Shown one piece after another: positions 28,564-38,716 of a stretch of 64,000 bases of DNA. Position numbers and translations under genes: made by a program. The first letter of the stretch is position 1, and the number at the start of each line of letters is the position of its first letter. This DNA is from Candidatus Staskawiczbacteria bacterium (GTDB taxonomy: Bacteria; Patescibacteriota; Minisyncoccia; Minisyncoccales; Staskawiczbacteraceae): assembly GCA_903885445.1 (NCBI GenBank), contig CAISIO010000036.1, positions 37,485 to 101,484 on the forward strand. The letters are read 5' to 3'. Below the pieces are notes generated by a model, which ran no database searches, had not been told where the DNA came from, and saw only the letters and a list, made by a program, of their open reading frames with translations.

Positions 28564-29967
28564 TTATACAGTGGAAGAAAGGCGTCTAAAAACGACGACG
28601 AATAAAAGCACCAATACGAGCCCGGCTAGAATCCATATATACCAGCGCTTTAAAAATCCCAAAAAGCCCGTTGTGGCCGGGGCGGCAACAACTGCGGCAA
28701 CAACTGCGGCAACCGGCTGGCTCGGACTAAAATCTAACGAGACATTATCTGTCTGGCCGTTGCTTGATGCAATTGCCTGTTTTGCTGACGCTGTTGAAAT
28801 TGTTTGAGTTTTTCCCTCAAAATTAACTAATTTTGTTGTTGATGGAGCAATTGACCCAACGTTGATTCCGGTTATTATATCACCGGCAACCGAAACTCCG
28901 TTAATCTGCAAATTTCCCAAAGAAGAAATCTCGCTTGGGATATTTGCTGAAACGTTGACGTTATCTATTTGAGTTGTTGAATTATTTAACAATGAAATCA
29001 TAAATAAAACCTGGCCGTTAGACCCGACTTGCGCTGCTTTTTGCCATTGGGTTGAACTGGCGTCTTGCTTGGCAAAAAATGAAACAGAAATTGTGCTGAC
29101 AGCCGGGGTGGTATTTATTTTACAGTCGTTCGGGCAGTTGGTTATCGTTTCTCCTGAATTTGGTTCGCAAAACCCGTTTCCGCAACTTATTTTTACTGGC
29201 ACGGGAGTTGGCGTTGGAGTTACAACTGGCGCATTAGCAACGCACACATTTGTTTTACACGTGCTATCGGCTCCACAATTTTTGTATAATCCGCTAGCAG
29301 CTCCCAGTGAGTCATACCAGTAAAGCGAATTACCATAACATGCTGTTCTGTAATGGGCTACATAATTATTGTAAGGCTGAATTGGAGCTGGCTGGACGTA
29401 TGCGGCGCATTGTCCGTACTGGCAAGCTTGTCCGATGGTGCAACTAGAAAATAAATCTTGTTTATTGTCGCATGAATCGTACCAATAAACGCTGTTTCCC
29501 GAGCAAAGCTTATAGGCGTGATAAGTGCAGCTGCTGCTGTTATTATTATAGTTATTAGAATTGCTGTTGTAGTTGTAGCTGTTGTAGTTGTAGCTGTTGT
29601 AGTTATAATTATTGCTGTAACCGTTGTAAGAGCAGGCATTATTAGAGCAACCGCTTTGGCAGGACTGGGCCAAGTCTTGCTGGTTTCCGCATGAGTCGTA
29701 CCAGTACAAATTATTGCCCTGGCAGGATTCATATGAATGGTAAGAGCAATTATTATTGCAAGAATTATTGTTGCATCCGTTTGGGCAGTATTGCGCTAAA
29801 TCCTGCATATTTCCGCAAGAATCCAGCCAATATAAACTATTCCCAATACACCCTTGTTGGGCGTGGTAATAGCAACCAGTGTATTGCGCGCTGGCAACAC
29901 TTGGCATAGCTAGAGCTGAAACAAAAATTACTAATGCGAGAACGCCGATAGTTATTAACTTATTCAT
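28564..29967 (-). CDS. Secreted Cys-rich repeat protein with Asn/Tyr/Ser low-complexity region and C-terminal TM anchor
   Basis: Signal peptide. At least 4 modules C..H...C.GN.[LV]YW.DSC[GD]N.QDL...C..G..C. (NYNSY)n stretch. C-terminal hydrophobic anchor + RRLSSTV. Confidence 0.6.
   Translation of the reverse strand: MNKLITIGVLALVIFVSALAMPSVASAQYTGCYYHAQQGCIGNSLYWLDSCGNMQDLAQYCPNGCNNNSCNNNCSYHSYESCQGNNLYWYDSCGNQQDLAQSCQSGCSNNACSYNGYSNNYNYNSYNYNSYNYNSNSNNYNNNSSSCTYHAYKLCSGNSVYWYDSCDNKQDLFSSCTIGQACQYGQCAAYVQPAPIQPYNNYVAHYRTACYGNSLYWYDSLGAASGLYKNCGADSTCKTNVCVANAPVVTPTPTPVPVKISCGNGFCEPNSGETITNCPNDCKINTTPAVSTISVSFFAKQDASSTQWQKAAQVGSNGQVLFMISLLNNSTTQIDNVNVSANIPSEISSLGNLQINGVSVAGDIITGINVGSIAPSTTKLVNFEGKTQTISTASAKQAIASSNGQTDNVSLDFSPSQPVAAVVAAVVAAPATTGFLGFLKRWYIWILAGLVLVLLFVVVFRRLSSTV
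29563..29607. repeat. 15-bp in-frame tandem repeat x3 (GCTGTTGTAGTTGTA) inside 28564..29967
   Basis: Encodes (YNYNS)3 on the minus strand. Confidence 0.7.
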
Positions 29968-30083
29968 AATTTTTACAGTTTGAATAATCCTATATTAAAA
30001 TACATTAAGTAATAATTAATAACTTTACCATTTTATATATAAAAAGTCAAGCAAAAACACCGCTTCGCGGTGCTTCCTATTAG

Positions 30084-30155
30084 TGCTCCCGCCGGGACTC
30101 GAACCCGGAACCAATAGCTTAAAAGGCTACTGCTCTACCATTGAGCTACAGGAGC
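30084..30155 (-). tRNA. tRNA-Lys (anticodon UUU)
   Basis: Minus-strand cloverleaf: acceptor GCTCCTG/CGGGAGC, D-arm GCTC-AATGGTA-GAGC, anticodon stem GTAGC/GCTAT loop CUUUUAA, T-arm CCGGG-TTCGAGT-CCCGG. Confidence 0.85.
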
Positions 30156-30171
30156 GTTATTTTATATTATC

Positions 30172-31278
30172 TTATAATCCCTCTTTTTTCAATTCGTCCA
30201 GCAGTTCTTTCTGCCTTCTTGATAATTTTTTTGGGGTTTTGACTTTTAACTCAATATACATATTTCCTCTTCCATATCCGCCAAAATGTGGAATTCCTTT
30301 GCCTGAAATACGTAGAACCTTGCCAGATTCTGTTCCCGAGGGCACTTCCAGTAAAATATTTGTACCTTCCAATGATTTGATTTCTGTTTCAGCTCCCAAT
30401 GCCGCTTGCGAAAAACTTATATCCGATTCGGCAAACAAATCGTCTCCCCTTCTCTCAAAAACCGAATGTTTTTTTACAAATATTCTTACAAATAAATTTC
30501 CTGCCTTTGCTCCTTTTCTGCCCGCCTCCCCCTTTCCATCGGCTCTAATCACCTGGTTTGTGTCAATTCCAGCCGGAATATGTATTTCAATTGTTTCTTG
30601 GCCCTTTGTTCTGCCTTCGCCCCTGCAAACATTGCACGGCTTTTCGGGAATTGTCCCTTCGCCTTTGCATTCCGGGCAGGTTGCCAGTGTTGTGTAAGAA
30701 CCAAAAACAGTTTTTTTGACTTGCTGAACTTGCCCTGTTCCCCTGCACGAAAAACATTCTTTTACTTTACTTCCCGGTTCAGCTCCGGTTCCAGTACATC
30801 TGTGGCACGTTACATTCTTTGCCAGCTCAATTTTTTCAACCGATTCCTTTAAAACTCTCTCCAAATCTATCTCCAAATCAACCTGTATGTCTTTTCCTTT
30901 TCTGGCATCTTTTTTGTTTGACCTTCTGCCCCCTCCAAATCCCCCGCCAAAAAATTCCTCAAAAATATCTCCCACATTCTCAAAATCAAATTCCACGCCT
31001 TCTTGGCCTTGAGATTTATTACCCCAAGCCCAATTAAATCCCTGTCCTTCAAATGGATTGCCTCCTCCTTGCTGGCCATCAAAAACCCGGCCGTATTGGT
31101 CGTATTGCGCGCGTTTTGCGGTATCTGAAAGCACCTGGTACGCTTCGTTTATCTCCTTAAATTTCTTCTCATCTCCGCCTTTGTCAGGATGATATTTATG
31201 CGCCAGTTTATGAAATGCTTTTTTTACTTCGTCTTGAGAAGCACCTTTCGTGATTCCAAGAATTTCGTAATAATCCAT
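30172..31278 (-). CDS. dnaJ: Chaperone DnaJ
   Basis: J-domain starting MDYYEILGI (start trimmed from track ORF that overlaps dnaK), G/F region, four CxxCxGxG zinc-finger repeats. Confidence 0.85.
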   Translation of the reverse strand: MDYYEILGITKGASQDEVKKAFHKLAHKYHPDKGGDEKKFKEINEAYQVLSDTAKRAQYDQYGRVFDGQQGGGNPFEGQGFNWAWGNKSQGQEGVEFDFENVGDIFEEFFGGGFGGGRRSNKKDARKGKDIQVDLEIDLERVLKESVEKIELAKNVTCHRCTGTGAEPGSKVKECFSCRGTGQVQQVKKTVFGSYTTLATCPECKGEGTIPEKPCNVCRGEGRTKGQETIEIHIPAGIDTNQVIRADGKGEAGRKGAKAGNLFVRIFVKKHSVFERRGDDLFAESDISFSQAALGAETEIKSLEGTNILLEVPSGTESGKVLRISGKGIPHFGGYGRGNMYIELKVKTPKKLSRRQKELLDELKKEGL

Positions 31279-31366
31279 AGTGTAGAGAGCCAAATAATTT
31301 TTTCGAGGAGAGGGTGCCCCGCTAGAGAGGCTCTCCCCGCAGAAAAAATTCATTTGGCGAACGAAA

Positions 31367-33262
31367 TTATTTTTGTTCTGTGTATTTTCCTTCTTCGGCT
31401 TTTGGCTCGTCGCCATCTTTTGGTTTTTCTTCTCCTGTTGGAGGAGTTTGTTGCGGTCCTTGCTGCTTATACAGCTCCGCTCCAATTTTCTGTATTGCCT
31501 CAGAAAGCTCTTTGGTTTTAGATTTTATATCGTCTATATTATCACCTTTTTGAGCTTCCTTCAAGGCGCTTATTTTATCCTCAATCCCCTTTTTATCCTC
31601 CGCTTTAATTTTATCACCCGAGTCTTTTATAGTCTTCTCACAGGTATAAACCAGAGTGTCGGCAGCATTTTTAGCTTCAATAGATTCCTGTTTTTTCTTG
31701 TCATCGGCAGCGTGTATTTCCGCGTCTTTTTTCATTTTCTCAATTTCTTCCTTTGAAAGTCCTGCTGAACCTTCAATCTTAATAGATTGCGATTTGCCGG
31801 TTGCCTTATCTTTTGCCGAAACATTCAAAATTCCGTTTGCATCAATATCAAAAGCAACTTCAACTTGCGGTAATCCTCTTGGAGCTGGCGGTATTCCATC
31901 AAGAATAAATCTTCCAAGAGTTTTGTTATCTTGCGCCATTGGCCTCTCTCCCTGCAAAACATGTATTTCCACACTTGTTTGGCTGTCGGCAGCAGTTGAA
32001 AACACTTGGTTTTTGGCAGTTGGCACAGTTGTATTTTTCGCAATCAAAATAGTATCAACTCCGCCAAATGTCTCTATTCCAAGCGAGAGAGGCGTTACGT
32101 CTAGCAACAAAACATCTCTCACTTCGCCTTGCATAATTCCGCCTTGTATGGCCGCTCCAATTGCCACAACCTCGTCTGGGTTTACTTCTTTGTTGGGCTC
32201 TTTGCCAAAGTACTTTTTAACTTCTTCCTGCATTTTGGGCATTCTTGTCTGCCCTCCTACTAATACGACTTCGTTTATATCTTTTGGCTCAAGCTTTGCT
32301 TCCTGCATCGTCTTTTTGATTAGTTCAATAGACTTTTCAATATAATCGCCCACCATTGATTCCAAATTTGCCCTGGTCAGTTTCAAATCCAAGTGTTTTG
32401 GCCCATTTTGGTCGCTTGTAATAAACGGCAAGTTAATTTGTGCTTCCAAAGAAGACGACAATTCAATCTTCGCTTTTTCAGCTGCTTCCTTAATTCTCTG
32501 CAAAGCCAAATTATCTTTCTGCAAATCAACTCCGTTGTCTTTCTTAAATTCTTTCACAATCCAATCCATAATCCTCTGGTCAAAATCATCTCCGCCCAAG
32601 TGCGTGTCTCCGCCGGTTGCTTTCACTTCAACTGTTTCAGCGCAAACGTCCAAAATAGATATATCAAAAGTTCCTCCGCCAAAATCATAAACAACAATTT
32701 TTTCGTCTTTCTTTTTGTTCAGCCCGTAAGCCAAAGCCGCCGCTGTTGGTTCGTTGATAACTCTTTTTACATTAAACCCCGCGATTTCTCCCGCAATCTT
32801 CGTAGCTTTTCTTTGCGAGTCGTCAAAATATGCCGGGCAAGTAATAATTGCCTCGGTTATAGTCTCGCCAATTTTTGCTTCGGCGTCTGCTTTCAATTTC
32901 TGCAAAATCATTGCCGAGATTTCTGCCGGGTTCAGCCATTTGTCTCCCATTTTCACATCCACTCCGCCGTCAGCAGATTCTCTAATTTCATAAGGCAATA
33001 ATTTTTTATCTCTCTGCACTTCCGCGTCTGTAAACTTTCTTCCAATCAATCTTTTAACCGAAAAAATCGTGTTGTGCGGATTTGTAACCGCCTGCCTCTT
33101 GGCAAGCACGCCAACCACGCGTTCCCCTGACTTCGTTATAGCCACAATAGACGGAGTAGTTCGTGCTCCCTCCTTATTCTCCACAATTTTCGCCTCCCCC
33201 GACTCCACCACCGCCATCGCCGAAAACGTCGTACCTAAGTCTATTCCTAAAATTTTGCTCAT
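31367..33262 (-). CDS. dnaK: Chaperone DnaK (Hsp70)
   Basis: GIDLGTT..S, DLGGGTFD, full Hsp70 architecture. Confidence 0.95.
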   Translation of the reverse strand: MSKILGIDLGTTFSAMAVVESGEAKIVENKEGARTTPSIVAITKSGERVVGVLAKRQAVTNPHNTIFSVKRLIGRKFTDAEVQRDKKLLPYEIRESADGGVDVKMGDKWLNPAEISAMILQKLKADAEAKIGETITEAIITCPAYFDDSQRKATKIAGEIAGFNVKRVINEPTAAALAYGLNKKKDEKIVVYDFGGGTFDISILDVCAETVEVKATGGDTHLGGDDFDQRIMDWIVKEFKKDNGVDLQKDNLALQRIKEAAEKAKIELSSSLEAQINLPFITSDQNGPKHLDLKLTRANLESMVGDYIEKSIELIKKTMQEAKLEPKDINEVVLVGGQTRMPKMQEEVKKYFGKEPNKEVNPDEVVAIGAAIQGGIMQGEVRDVLLLDVTPLSLGIETFGGVDTILIAKNTTVPTAKNQVFSTAADSQTSVEIHVLQGERPMAQDNKTLGRFILDGIPPAPRGLPQVEVAFDIDANGILNVSAKDKATGKSQSIKIEGSAGLSKEEIEKMKKDAEIHAADDKKKQESIEAKNAADTLVYTCEKTIKDSGDKIKAEDKKGIEDKISALKEAQKGDNIDDIKSKTKELSEAIQKIGAELYKQQGPQQTPPTGEEKPKDGDEPKAEEGKYTEQK

Positions 33263-33311
33263 ATGTTTTTAAAAATTTATTTAATTACTATTTATTATTT
33301 TTGTTGGGATT

Positions 33312-34061
33312 TTATTTTAGATCATCCAGCATTCTATTCGCCGTTTTATAATCAATCTTTCCGGCTTCAAACTTTGCTCTAATCTCATGTATTTTTTTTA
33401 CTGATTCATTCGTTCCCTCTATTATTTTCCTTATTTTTTCATTTGATGCACCTGCTTCTTTTATGGCTTTTTCCTTCATTGCTTCCATCTCTTTCTCAAA
33501 TTTTTTTTCTCTTATTGCAATATCCTCGTCCCCTTTTTTCCTAATCTCATCCAAGCGCTGTTCCTTCCTTGCATTAGCCATTTGCCTTAATGCATCACGA
33601 GTTTCTTGTTGTATTTTCCTATCTTTAATCCTTCTATATGGTTCTATTTCAAAACTTATTAACTCTTCTAATGTCATATCTTTTGCCGCTTCTAACATTT
33701 CGTGTGATTTTTCTTCATCCGCAGTTTTTAATAATTCGCCCGCCTTCACTTCAGCATCTTCCATTATTTTGTCTAATTCCTTTGTAGCATCCGCTATTAT
33801 TGCTACATTTTTTTCCTTAATTTTAGCTAATTCTTCCTCGTTTTCCTTCGCTTTTTCTTCCGCCTTTTTCCATATTTCATCTAACTCTTTCGTGGCTTCA
33901 GTCACTATTTCTTTATTTCTTTTCCTAATCTTAGATAATTCCTCGTTCTCGGATGACGATGCTGTCGGCCCTAAGTCTCCCGCCAAAAAATCTGTCTTTG
34001 GTTCTTGATCGCCTTGTCCTAGCTCTGGCTCATTTTCAAAACTTGGATTTTCAATTGACAT
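33312..34061 (-). CDS. Hypothetical coiled-coil protein (Lys/Glu-rich) upstream of dnaK
   Basis: 249-aa ORF, heptad-like K/E-rich repeats. Confidence 0.5.
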   Translation of the reverse strand: MSIENPSFENEPELGQGDQEPKTDFLAGDLGPTASSSENEELSKIRKRNKEIVTEATKELDEIWKKAEEKAKENEEELAKIKEKNVAIIADATKELDKIMEDAEVKAGELLKTADEEKSHEMLEAAKDMTLEELISFEIEPYRRIKDRKIQQETRDALRQMANARKEQRLDEIRKKGDEDIAIREKKFEKEMEAMKEKAIKEAGASNEKIRKIIEGTNESVKKIHEIRAKFEAGKIDYKTANRMLDDLK

Positions 34062-34150
34062 ATATTTTTAGATTATTTTATTTGTTTAATATTTTCTACG
34101 GCTATTCCACTTTTTCTTGGAATAGCTTTAGGTTGTCTTTGGTTATCATA

Positions 34151-34168
34151 TGATAACCGGAAAGTATA
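34151..34168. promoter_or_regulatory. Perfect 18-bp palindrome GGTTATCATATGATAACC (candidate operator)
   Basis: Located ~90 nt upstream of 33312..34061. Confidence 0.35.
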
Positions 34169-34260
34169 CTGCATAGTGGTGCGTTTTCCTTAAAATCATA
34201 ATTTTTATTTTGATTTGCTTGGTGCAGTTTATTGACGACCGATTAAAATCTGTCCGCAGG

Positions 34261-35250
34261 TTAATTAGAAAGCAGGTTTGTGATAATTTTGACGATTTTG
34301 TCTTTTTCTGCGGGATTACTTATGGCAATCAAAAGCGAAAGCGCGGTTAAGGCGTTGTCATTTATTTTCTTTTCGTTGTTGTCTTTGTAAAGGTAATTAT
34401 TTTTGTCTAAATAATAAACAAACAAGAACGATGCGATTCTTTTGTTTCCGTCAACAAATGGGTGGTCTTTTATTATAAAGTATAACAAATGAGACGCCTT
34501 TTCTTCAATGCTCGAGTATAATTCCTTTTTATCAAATGTCTGCAAAATATTCCCCAAAATTGCTTTAAATTTATCTTCATATTCCTGGCCAAAAATTTCG
34601 CCTGCTTGTTTCTTCTCTATCAACTTTTTTTTAATTTCCTTAATAATTTCAGCTGATTTTCCGTAATTTAAAACAAACTTTCCTTTGCCGGTTTTCAGCA
34701 ACGAAACTTTTTCCTTGTCATATTGCTCGAGCAATGTTAAGGTTTTTGAATAATCCGCCAACAAACTCAAAATCTCCTGCTCTTGCCCCGCAAGTAACTC
34801 GTGCTTTGATTTTTCCTGTAAAAACAAAATTGACGACTGCAATTCCTTAAATTTATTTTCTGATTGCAGAAGTTTTTTCTCGTTTATCACAAACCCATCT
34901 ACGATATAGCTCCGTAGTGTTTTGGTTGTCCATTTTCTAAATTCTATTGCAACCTTTGAATTTGTCCTATACCCGACTCCCAGGATAACATCAAGCGAGT
35001 AAGATATAATAGGTTTATCAGAATTTGCATTATGCATTTTTTGCATATTGCTTTTTTCTTCAATTTCGCCGTCTCTAAATATGTTTTTTATGTGACGAGA
35101 AACCACCGATTGGTCAACGCCAAAAAGATTTACTATCTGCGCTTGTGTAGCCCAAATAGTTTCCCGCGCAAAATCTCCCCGAAGCTCAATAGCTCCAGAT
35201 TTTGCCTGATAAATAATTATTTCTCCTTTTTTTAATTCCTCTTTTTTCAT
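34261..35250 (-). CDS. Fic/DOC-family protein with N-terminal RhuM-like domain
   Basis: Fic motif HPFVDGNKR near C-terminus. N-terminal region resembles RhuM/virulence-protein family. Confidence 0.8.
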   Translation of the reverse strand: MKKEELKKGEIIIYQAKSGAIELRGDFARETIWATQAQIVNLFGVDQSVVSRHIKNIFRDGEIEEKSNMQKMHNANSDKPIISYSLDVILGVGYRTNSKVAIEFRKWTTKTLRSYIVDGFVINEKKLLQSENKFKELQSSILFLQEKSKHELLAGQEQEILSLLADYSKTLTLLEQYDKEKVSLLKTGKGKFVLNYGKSAEIIKEIKKKLIEKKQAGEIFGQEYEDKFKAILGNILQTFDKKELYSSIEEKASHLLYFIIKDHPFVDGNKRIASFLFVYYLDKNNYLYKDNNEKKINDNALTALSLLIAISNPAEKDKIVKIITNLLSN

Positions 35251-35254
35251 CTAA

Positions 35255-35623
35255 TTATTTTGTCGCTTTTTTGGCTTCGTTAATTTTTGCTTGGGCTTTT
35301 AGAATTTGTTTTATTGCTGTTGCCGGAACTTTTTGGTCAAGCTGGATTTGGATTCTTTTTTGGCCTAGTGTATAGCCATCTTTCTCAAGCATCTCGCGGT
35401 CTTTATCTTGAAGATCTGAACCAAAGCCAAGGGCAACGTGATTCTTGTACTCGGCAAAGTGCGCAAGGGTGCCGTGATATTTGTAAAACGGAAAGCCGTA
35501 GCTTATTCCTTCTTCTACTTTTGGGACGGCAGACTTTACTATTTTCCGTATTTCTTCAAGTATCGGCCTGGCTTTGCTACCCGAATTGGCAATATATGAA
35601 TCAACGTCTTTTGGCACTGTCAT
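35255..35623 (-). CDS. DUF1801 (YdhG-like) domain protein
   Basis: 122-aa, pattern ...GISYGFPFYKYHGTLAHFAEYKNHVALGF. Confidence 0.5.
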   Translation of the reverse strand: MTVPKDVDSYIANSGSKARPILEEIRKIVKSAVPKVEEGISYGFPFYKYHGTLAHFAEYKNHVALGFGSDLQDKDREMLEKDGYTLGQKRIQIQLDQKVPATAIKQILKAQAKINEAKKATK

Positions 35624-35665
35624 ATATTTTAATAACTTTTAATTACCATATTTTTGCCTGTCGCG

Positions 35666-35687
35666 CAGGTTAACCATGGTTAACCTG
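35666..35687. promoter_or_regulatory. Perfect 22-bp palindrome CAGGTTAACCATGGTTAACCTG
   Basis: Overlaps stop codon of 35680..35943 and lies 43 nt upstream of 35255..35623. Confidence 0.35.
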
Positions 35688-35943
35688 AAATTGCTTTTTT
35701 GACATCGCTGATTTTTATTCCCATCAAGGGAGAAGATTTGGATTCTGCGACGAATAAGGTACCGACTTCAAGTCCCTCAATAAAAACTGCGTTCGTTCTT
35801 GTCTCTCCATTTGGCTCCAAAACGGTTAATTCTGCCTTAATCCCCTTTTCAAACGCCGATTCTAATGCGTCCAAAATTTCTTCCCGGGTTTGTTCTTTCT
35901 CCTGTTCGCCTTCAAAATTTTCTCGGCTCTGTTGCTCTGACAT
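35680..35943 (-). CDS. Hypothetical acidic protein
   Basis: 87-aa ORF. Confidence 0.4.
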   Translation of the reverse strand: MSEQQSRENFEGEQEKEQTREEILDALESAFEKGIKAELTVLEPNGETRTNAVFIEGLEVGTLFVAESKSSPLMGIKISDVKKAISG

Positions 35944-35948
35944 GTTAT

Positions 35949-36224
35949 TTAGAATCCAACCTTGGGCTCTTCCGTGGTGCTTTTTGGCATGCTTGGTAGT
36001 TGGGTTTTTATTTCGCCGAATTTTTTCTCGTATCCTTCTATTTGTTGCTTTAGTAATAAATAAATCCTTTTGGCGTGCTTGGGAGTTGCCACGAATTGCC
36101 TGCCCTGGTTTGCCGAGGCTATCAAAAACCTGAACATTTCCTCCTCAAACCCAATATTCATCAAGGTAATCATATACGAATTTGGATCTACATTTAACTG
36201 CATCTGCGGTTTTTCTTTTTCCAT
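35949..36224 (-). CDS. DUF3467-like protein
   Basis: ...ATPKHAKRIYLLLKQQIEGYEKKFGEI resembles DUF3467 C-terminal signature. Confidence 0.45.
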   Translation of the reverse strand: MEKEKPQMQLNVDPNSYMITLMNIGFEEEMFRFLIASANQGRQFVATPKHAKRIYLLLKQQIEGYEKKFGEIKTQLPSMPKSTTEEPKVGF

Positions 36225-36241
36225 TTATCTATTTTTTAATT

Positions 36242-36784
36242 TTATAAATATTTTAACATTATGTACTCGCCGATAAGCTTGCCTTTGTACTGGATTTGCT
36301 TTGGAATTTTGGCGACAATCTTAAATCCCATCTTTTTGTAAAGCCCAATTGCCGGTTTATTATTAACATAAACCTCAAGCTTTATAATTTTAGGCGCAGG
36401 TTTTAGCTCTTTCTTTGCAAGTTTTATAACTTCCTGTGTTAAAAACTTTCCCAGCCCCAAGCCTCTTTAGCCTTCTCTGATTACTATTCCAAATCTGCCA
36501 ACGTGGTTTAGTCGCCATCTTTCCTGCTGTATGCCGGCGGTTCCAACGATTTCATTGTTTGATTCGGCTACCAAGTATGCGTGCGTTTTATTATTTACCG
36601 AAGCTAAAACCCCTTTCAGAAATGCCTTTTCACCCTTTAAATCAATTTCTTTATTCATAGACAGCTTAGCGTCTTCGCGGACCGTAGAGTTTATAAAATC
36701 TTGGAATTTTTTAGCGTTTCTTAAATCGGCTTGGCAAACCGTCCTTATGGTTATTTTTTTATTCCCAAATATCTTCGTTGTCAT
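36242..36784 (-). pseudogene. GNAT N-acetyltransferase interrupted by in-frame TAA (36464-36466)
   Basis: Track ORFs 36467..36784 (N-terminal half) and 36242..36460 (C-terminal half with ...FLTQEVIKLAKKELKPAPKIIKLEVYVNNKPAIGLYKKMGF) are in the same frame separated by one stop. Confidence 0.55.
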
Positions 36785-36786
36785 AA

Positions 36787-37209
36787 CTATTTCGCAACTT
36801 TAACTCTTGCGGGCAGGCGCATTCCTTTTTGCCAAATCTTTCTGCGCCATGGCCGGTAATAATAATCTCTTACTTCGCTTTTATACTCCCTAAAAAACCT
36901 ATCGACATCAAACGACGGAGCTGGTCCATGTTTGTGCTCTTTAAAATGTATGCAATTCTCAAACAGCATATCTCCAGTTCTGACTTTATACTTTTCCTCA
37001 AACTTTTCTTTAAAAATATTCACGAATCCGTAAACTGCCACCAGCCAAACAAGCCGGCCTACTCTTCCCTCGTCTTTGTGGTTAATAAAATGCTGATCCA
37101 CGTGCCGTCTAAAATGAGCAATGAGCTCGTCTTCATCGCACGTTTTGGCAATTTCTTTGCACCATTTTGCGTATTCCCTATTCACGTTAATTTTTGCCTT
37201 GCTTGGCAT
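36787..37209 (-). CDS. Hypothetical protein
   Basis: 140-aa ORF, His/Trp-rich, no family recognised. Confidence 0.45.
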   Translation of the reverse strand: MPSKAKINVNREYAKWCKEIAKTCDEDELIAHFRRHVDQHFINHKDEGRVGRLVWLVAVYGFVNIFKEKFEEKYKVRTGDMLFENCIHFKEHKHGPAPSFDVDRFFREYKSEVRDYYYRPWRRKIWQKGMRLPARVKVAK

Positions 37210-37215
37210 AAAATT

Positions 37216-37725
37216 TTATTTACTTATTTTTACCTTGGCTACGCGAATTATTTTCCCGTCCATTGTGTAGCCTTTTTGGGTTTCTTCAACGATAGTGCCA
37301 GGTTTGCCCCCCTTCGCCAAGGCTTCGGAGGGGCTAATCTCCTCGACCACCTCGTGGAAATTAGGGTCAAACGGCTTTCCGACAGTTTCTATAGGCTCAA
37401 TTCCCTCCTTTGAAAGAAAACTGGCTAATTGGTTTTTGATTTGGTTAAATCCATTTATCCATTTATTTTCCTTTAATTCCTCGGGAACATGCGACTCCGC
37501 CAAGTAAATATTATCTAAAATTGGAATTATCTTTAAAATTATTTCCGTATTTGCGTATTTAGCCAGTTCGCCAATTCTTTCCATTTCATCCTTTTTGTAG
37601 TTTATAAAATCAGCCCGCTCTCTTTTCCAGCCGTTTAAATATTCCTCGCACTTTGCTTTGGCTTGCGCCAGCTCTTCCCTCACCTTTTCTTCTTCTGTTA
37701 AATTTTTTTTATCTTCTTCTGCCAT
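37216..37725 (-). CDS. grpE: Nucleotide exchange factor GrpE
   Basis: Coiled-coil N-terminus, GrpE signature region. Confidence 0.85.
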   Translation of the reverse strand: MAEEDKKNLTEEEKVREELAQAKAKCEEYLNGWKRERADFINYKKDEMERIGELAKYANTEIILKIIPILDNIYLAESHVPEELKENKWINGFNQIKNQLASFLSKEGIEPIETVGKPFDPNFHEVVEEISPSEALAKGGKPGTIVEETQKGYTMDGKIIRVAKVKISK

Positions 37726-37726
37726 A

Positions 37727-38221
37727 TTAAAATTGTGATAACTTTTTAATTATTTGGTTAATTATATTCATATCTTGCCCGAAAGATGTTTTTGACGAGC
37801 CAAGAATATTTAAAATCTCAAATAAATCCTCACCCTCGGGCATATTGGAAATAGACAAAGTCATAGACGTTTCAGTAAGCGAGCTCATCAACTCTTGCGT
37901 TAAACGCATTTCCTGCTCTATCTGTTGGTGCGCTGATCTGATTTGTCGCACAATAAAACTGGCGAATTCATTCTCTTTTTCTTCGGCAATTTTTTCTGAT
38001 AAATATTTATAAGCTTTTTTGGTTGGGACCCTCCCCGCTGAAGTGTGGGGCTGTTCTATAAATCCCTGCTTGGCTAAAACCTGCAAATCATTTCTTATTG
38101 TTGCTCCACAAACATCCAAATCCGTAACCTTTTTTAAGGCCTTAGAGCTCACAGGTTCAGCTGTGCTTATATATTCTTTAACCAGAAATTCCAAAAGTTT
38201 TTCTTGTCTGTTTGTAATCAT
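37727..38221 (-). CDS. hrcA: HrcA-like heat-inducible repressor (short, 164 aa: winged-helix N-terminal domain only)
   Basis: ITNRQEKLLEFLVKEYISTAEPVSSKAL...ATIRNDLQVLAKQGFIEQPHTSAGRVPT matches HrcA N-terminus. Operon position upstream of grpE. Confidence 0.7.
   Translation of the reverse strand: MITNRQEKLLEFLVKEYISTAEPVSSKALKKVTDLDVCGATIRNDLQVLAKQGFIEQPHTSAGRVPTKKAYKYLSEKIAEEKENEFASFIVRQIRSAHQQIEQEMRLTQELMSSLTETSMTLSISNMPEGEDLFEILNILGSSKTSFGQDMNIINQIIKKLSQF
37943..37956 (+). repeat. 14-bp motif copy E (TTTGTCGCACAATA) inside hrcA coding sequence
   Basis: Encodes ...FIVRQIR... on the minus strand. Confidence 0.7.
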
Positions 38222-38243
38222 ACTTTATATTTGTATCTTACTT

Positions 38244-38270
38244 TTATCACTCGCCCTTGTCAAGTGCTAA
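38244..38270. promoter_or_regulatory. CIRCE-like inverted repeat TTATCACTC-N9-AAGTGCTAA
   Basis: Matches CIRCE consensus TTAGCACTC-N9-GAGTGCTAA at 7+8 of 9 positions per half. 23 nt upstream of hrcA start. Confidence 0.5.
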
Positions 38271-38434
38271 AACGCTTTTCTGTCTAAAAATTGTAAAAAA
38301 AGAAGCGATCCAGCTCGCGTGTGCGTGTGGACCGCTATTACTGCGGATGATCGCGTGCATGCCTAATGGCGCGCACATATTCTCTCCTTTGTGCCTTGTA
38401 GCACGGTTTCAGACTCTGGCAGGATTTGCCAGTC

Positions 38435-38521
38435 CTATTTCACTCTTCGCTTTGTGTACTTCTTGCGGCGAAGCCTGTTTCGTCTCGGCGCTCCTGCAAG
38501 TCGGCGAACCATCCTTCTCAT
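38435..38521 (-). CDS. Very basic 28-aa peptide (MRRMVRRLAGAPRRNRLRRKKYTKRRVK)
   Basis: GGAGGAAGAAACG-ATG SD. TTGACT-17-TATTAT promoter ~65 nt upstream. GC-rich. Coding status unproven. Confidence 0.3.
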   Translation of the reverse strand: MRRMVRRLAGAPRRNRLRRKKYTKRRVK

Positions 38522-38716
38522 CGTTTCTTCCTCCGAAAGGTGGCAGAAATGTGTCGCGAACAACAAAAACGAAGTATTATTTGATAATAATACCGCTGGC
38601 AAAAAAACTAGTCAATTGTTTATAACTTTTTGTAAAGAAAAAAGGCGACCCGGGCACCCTCACGGTGAGGATGTCCAGGTCGCCCTAAAGATTGGGCTTG
38701 CAGCCCGACGTTCAGG

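Noticed and set aside
31279-31485. N-terminal extension of dnaJ in the track ORF (437 aa)
   Set aside because: Overlaps the dnaK 3' end. Canonical J-domain start MDYYEILGI at 31278 chosen instead.
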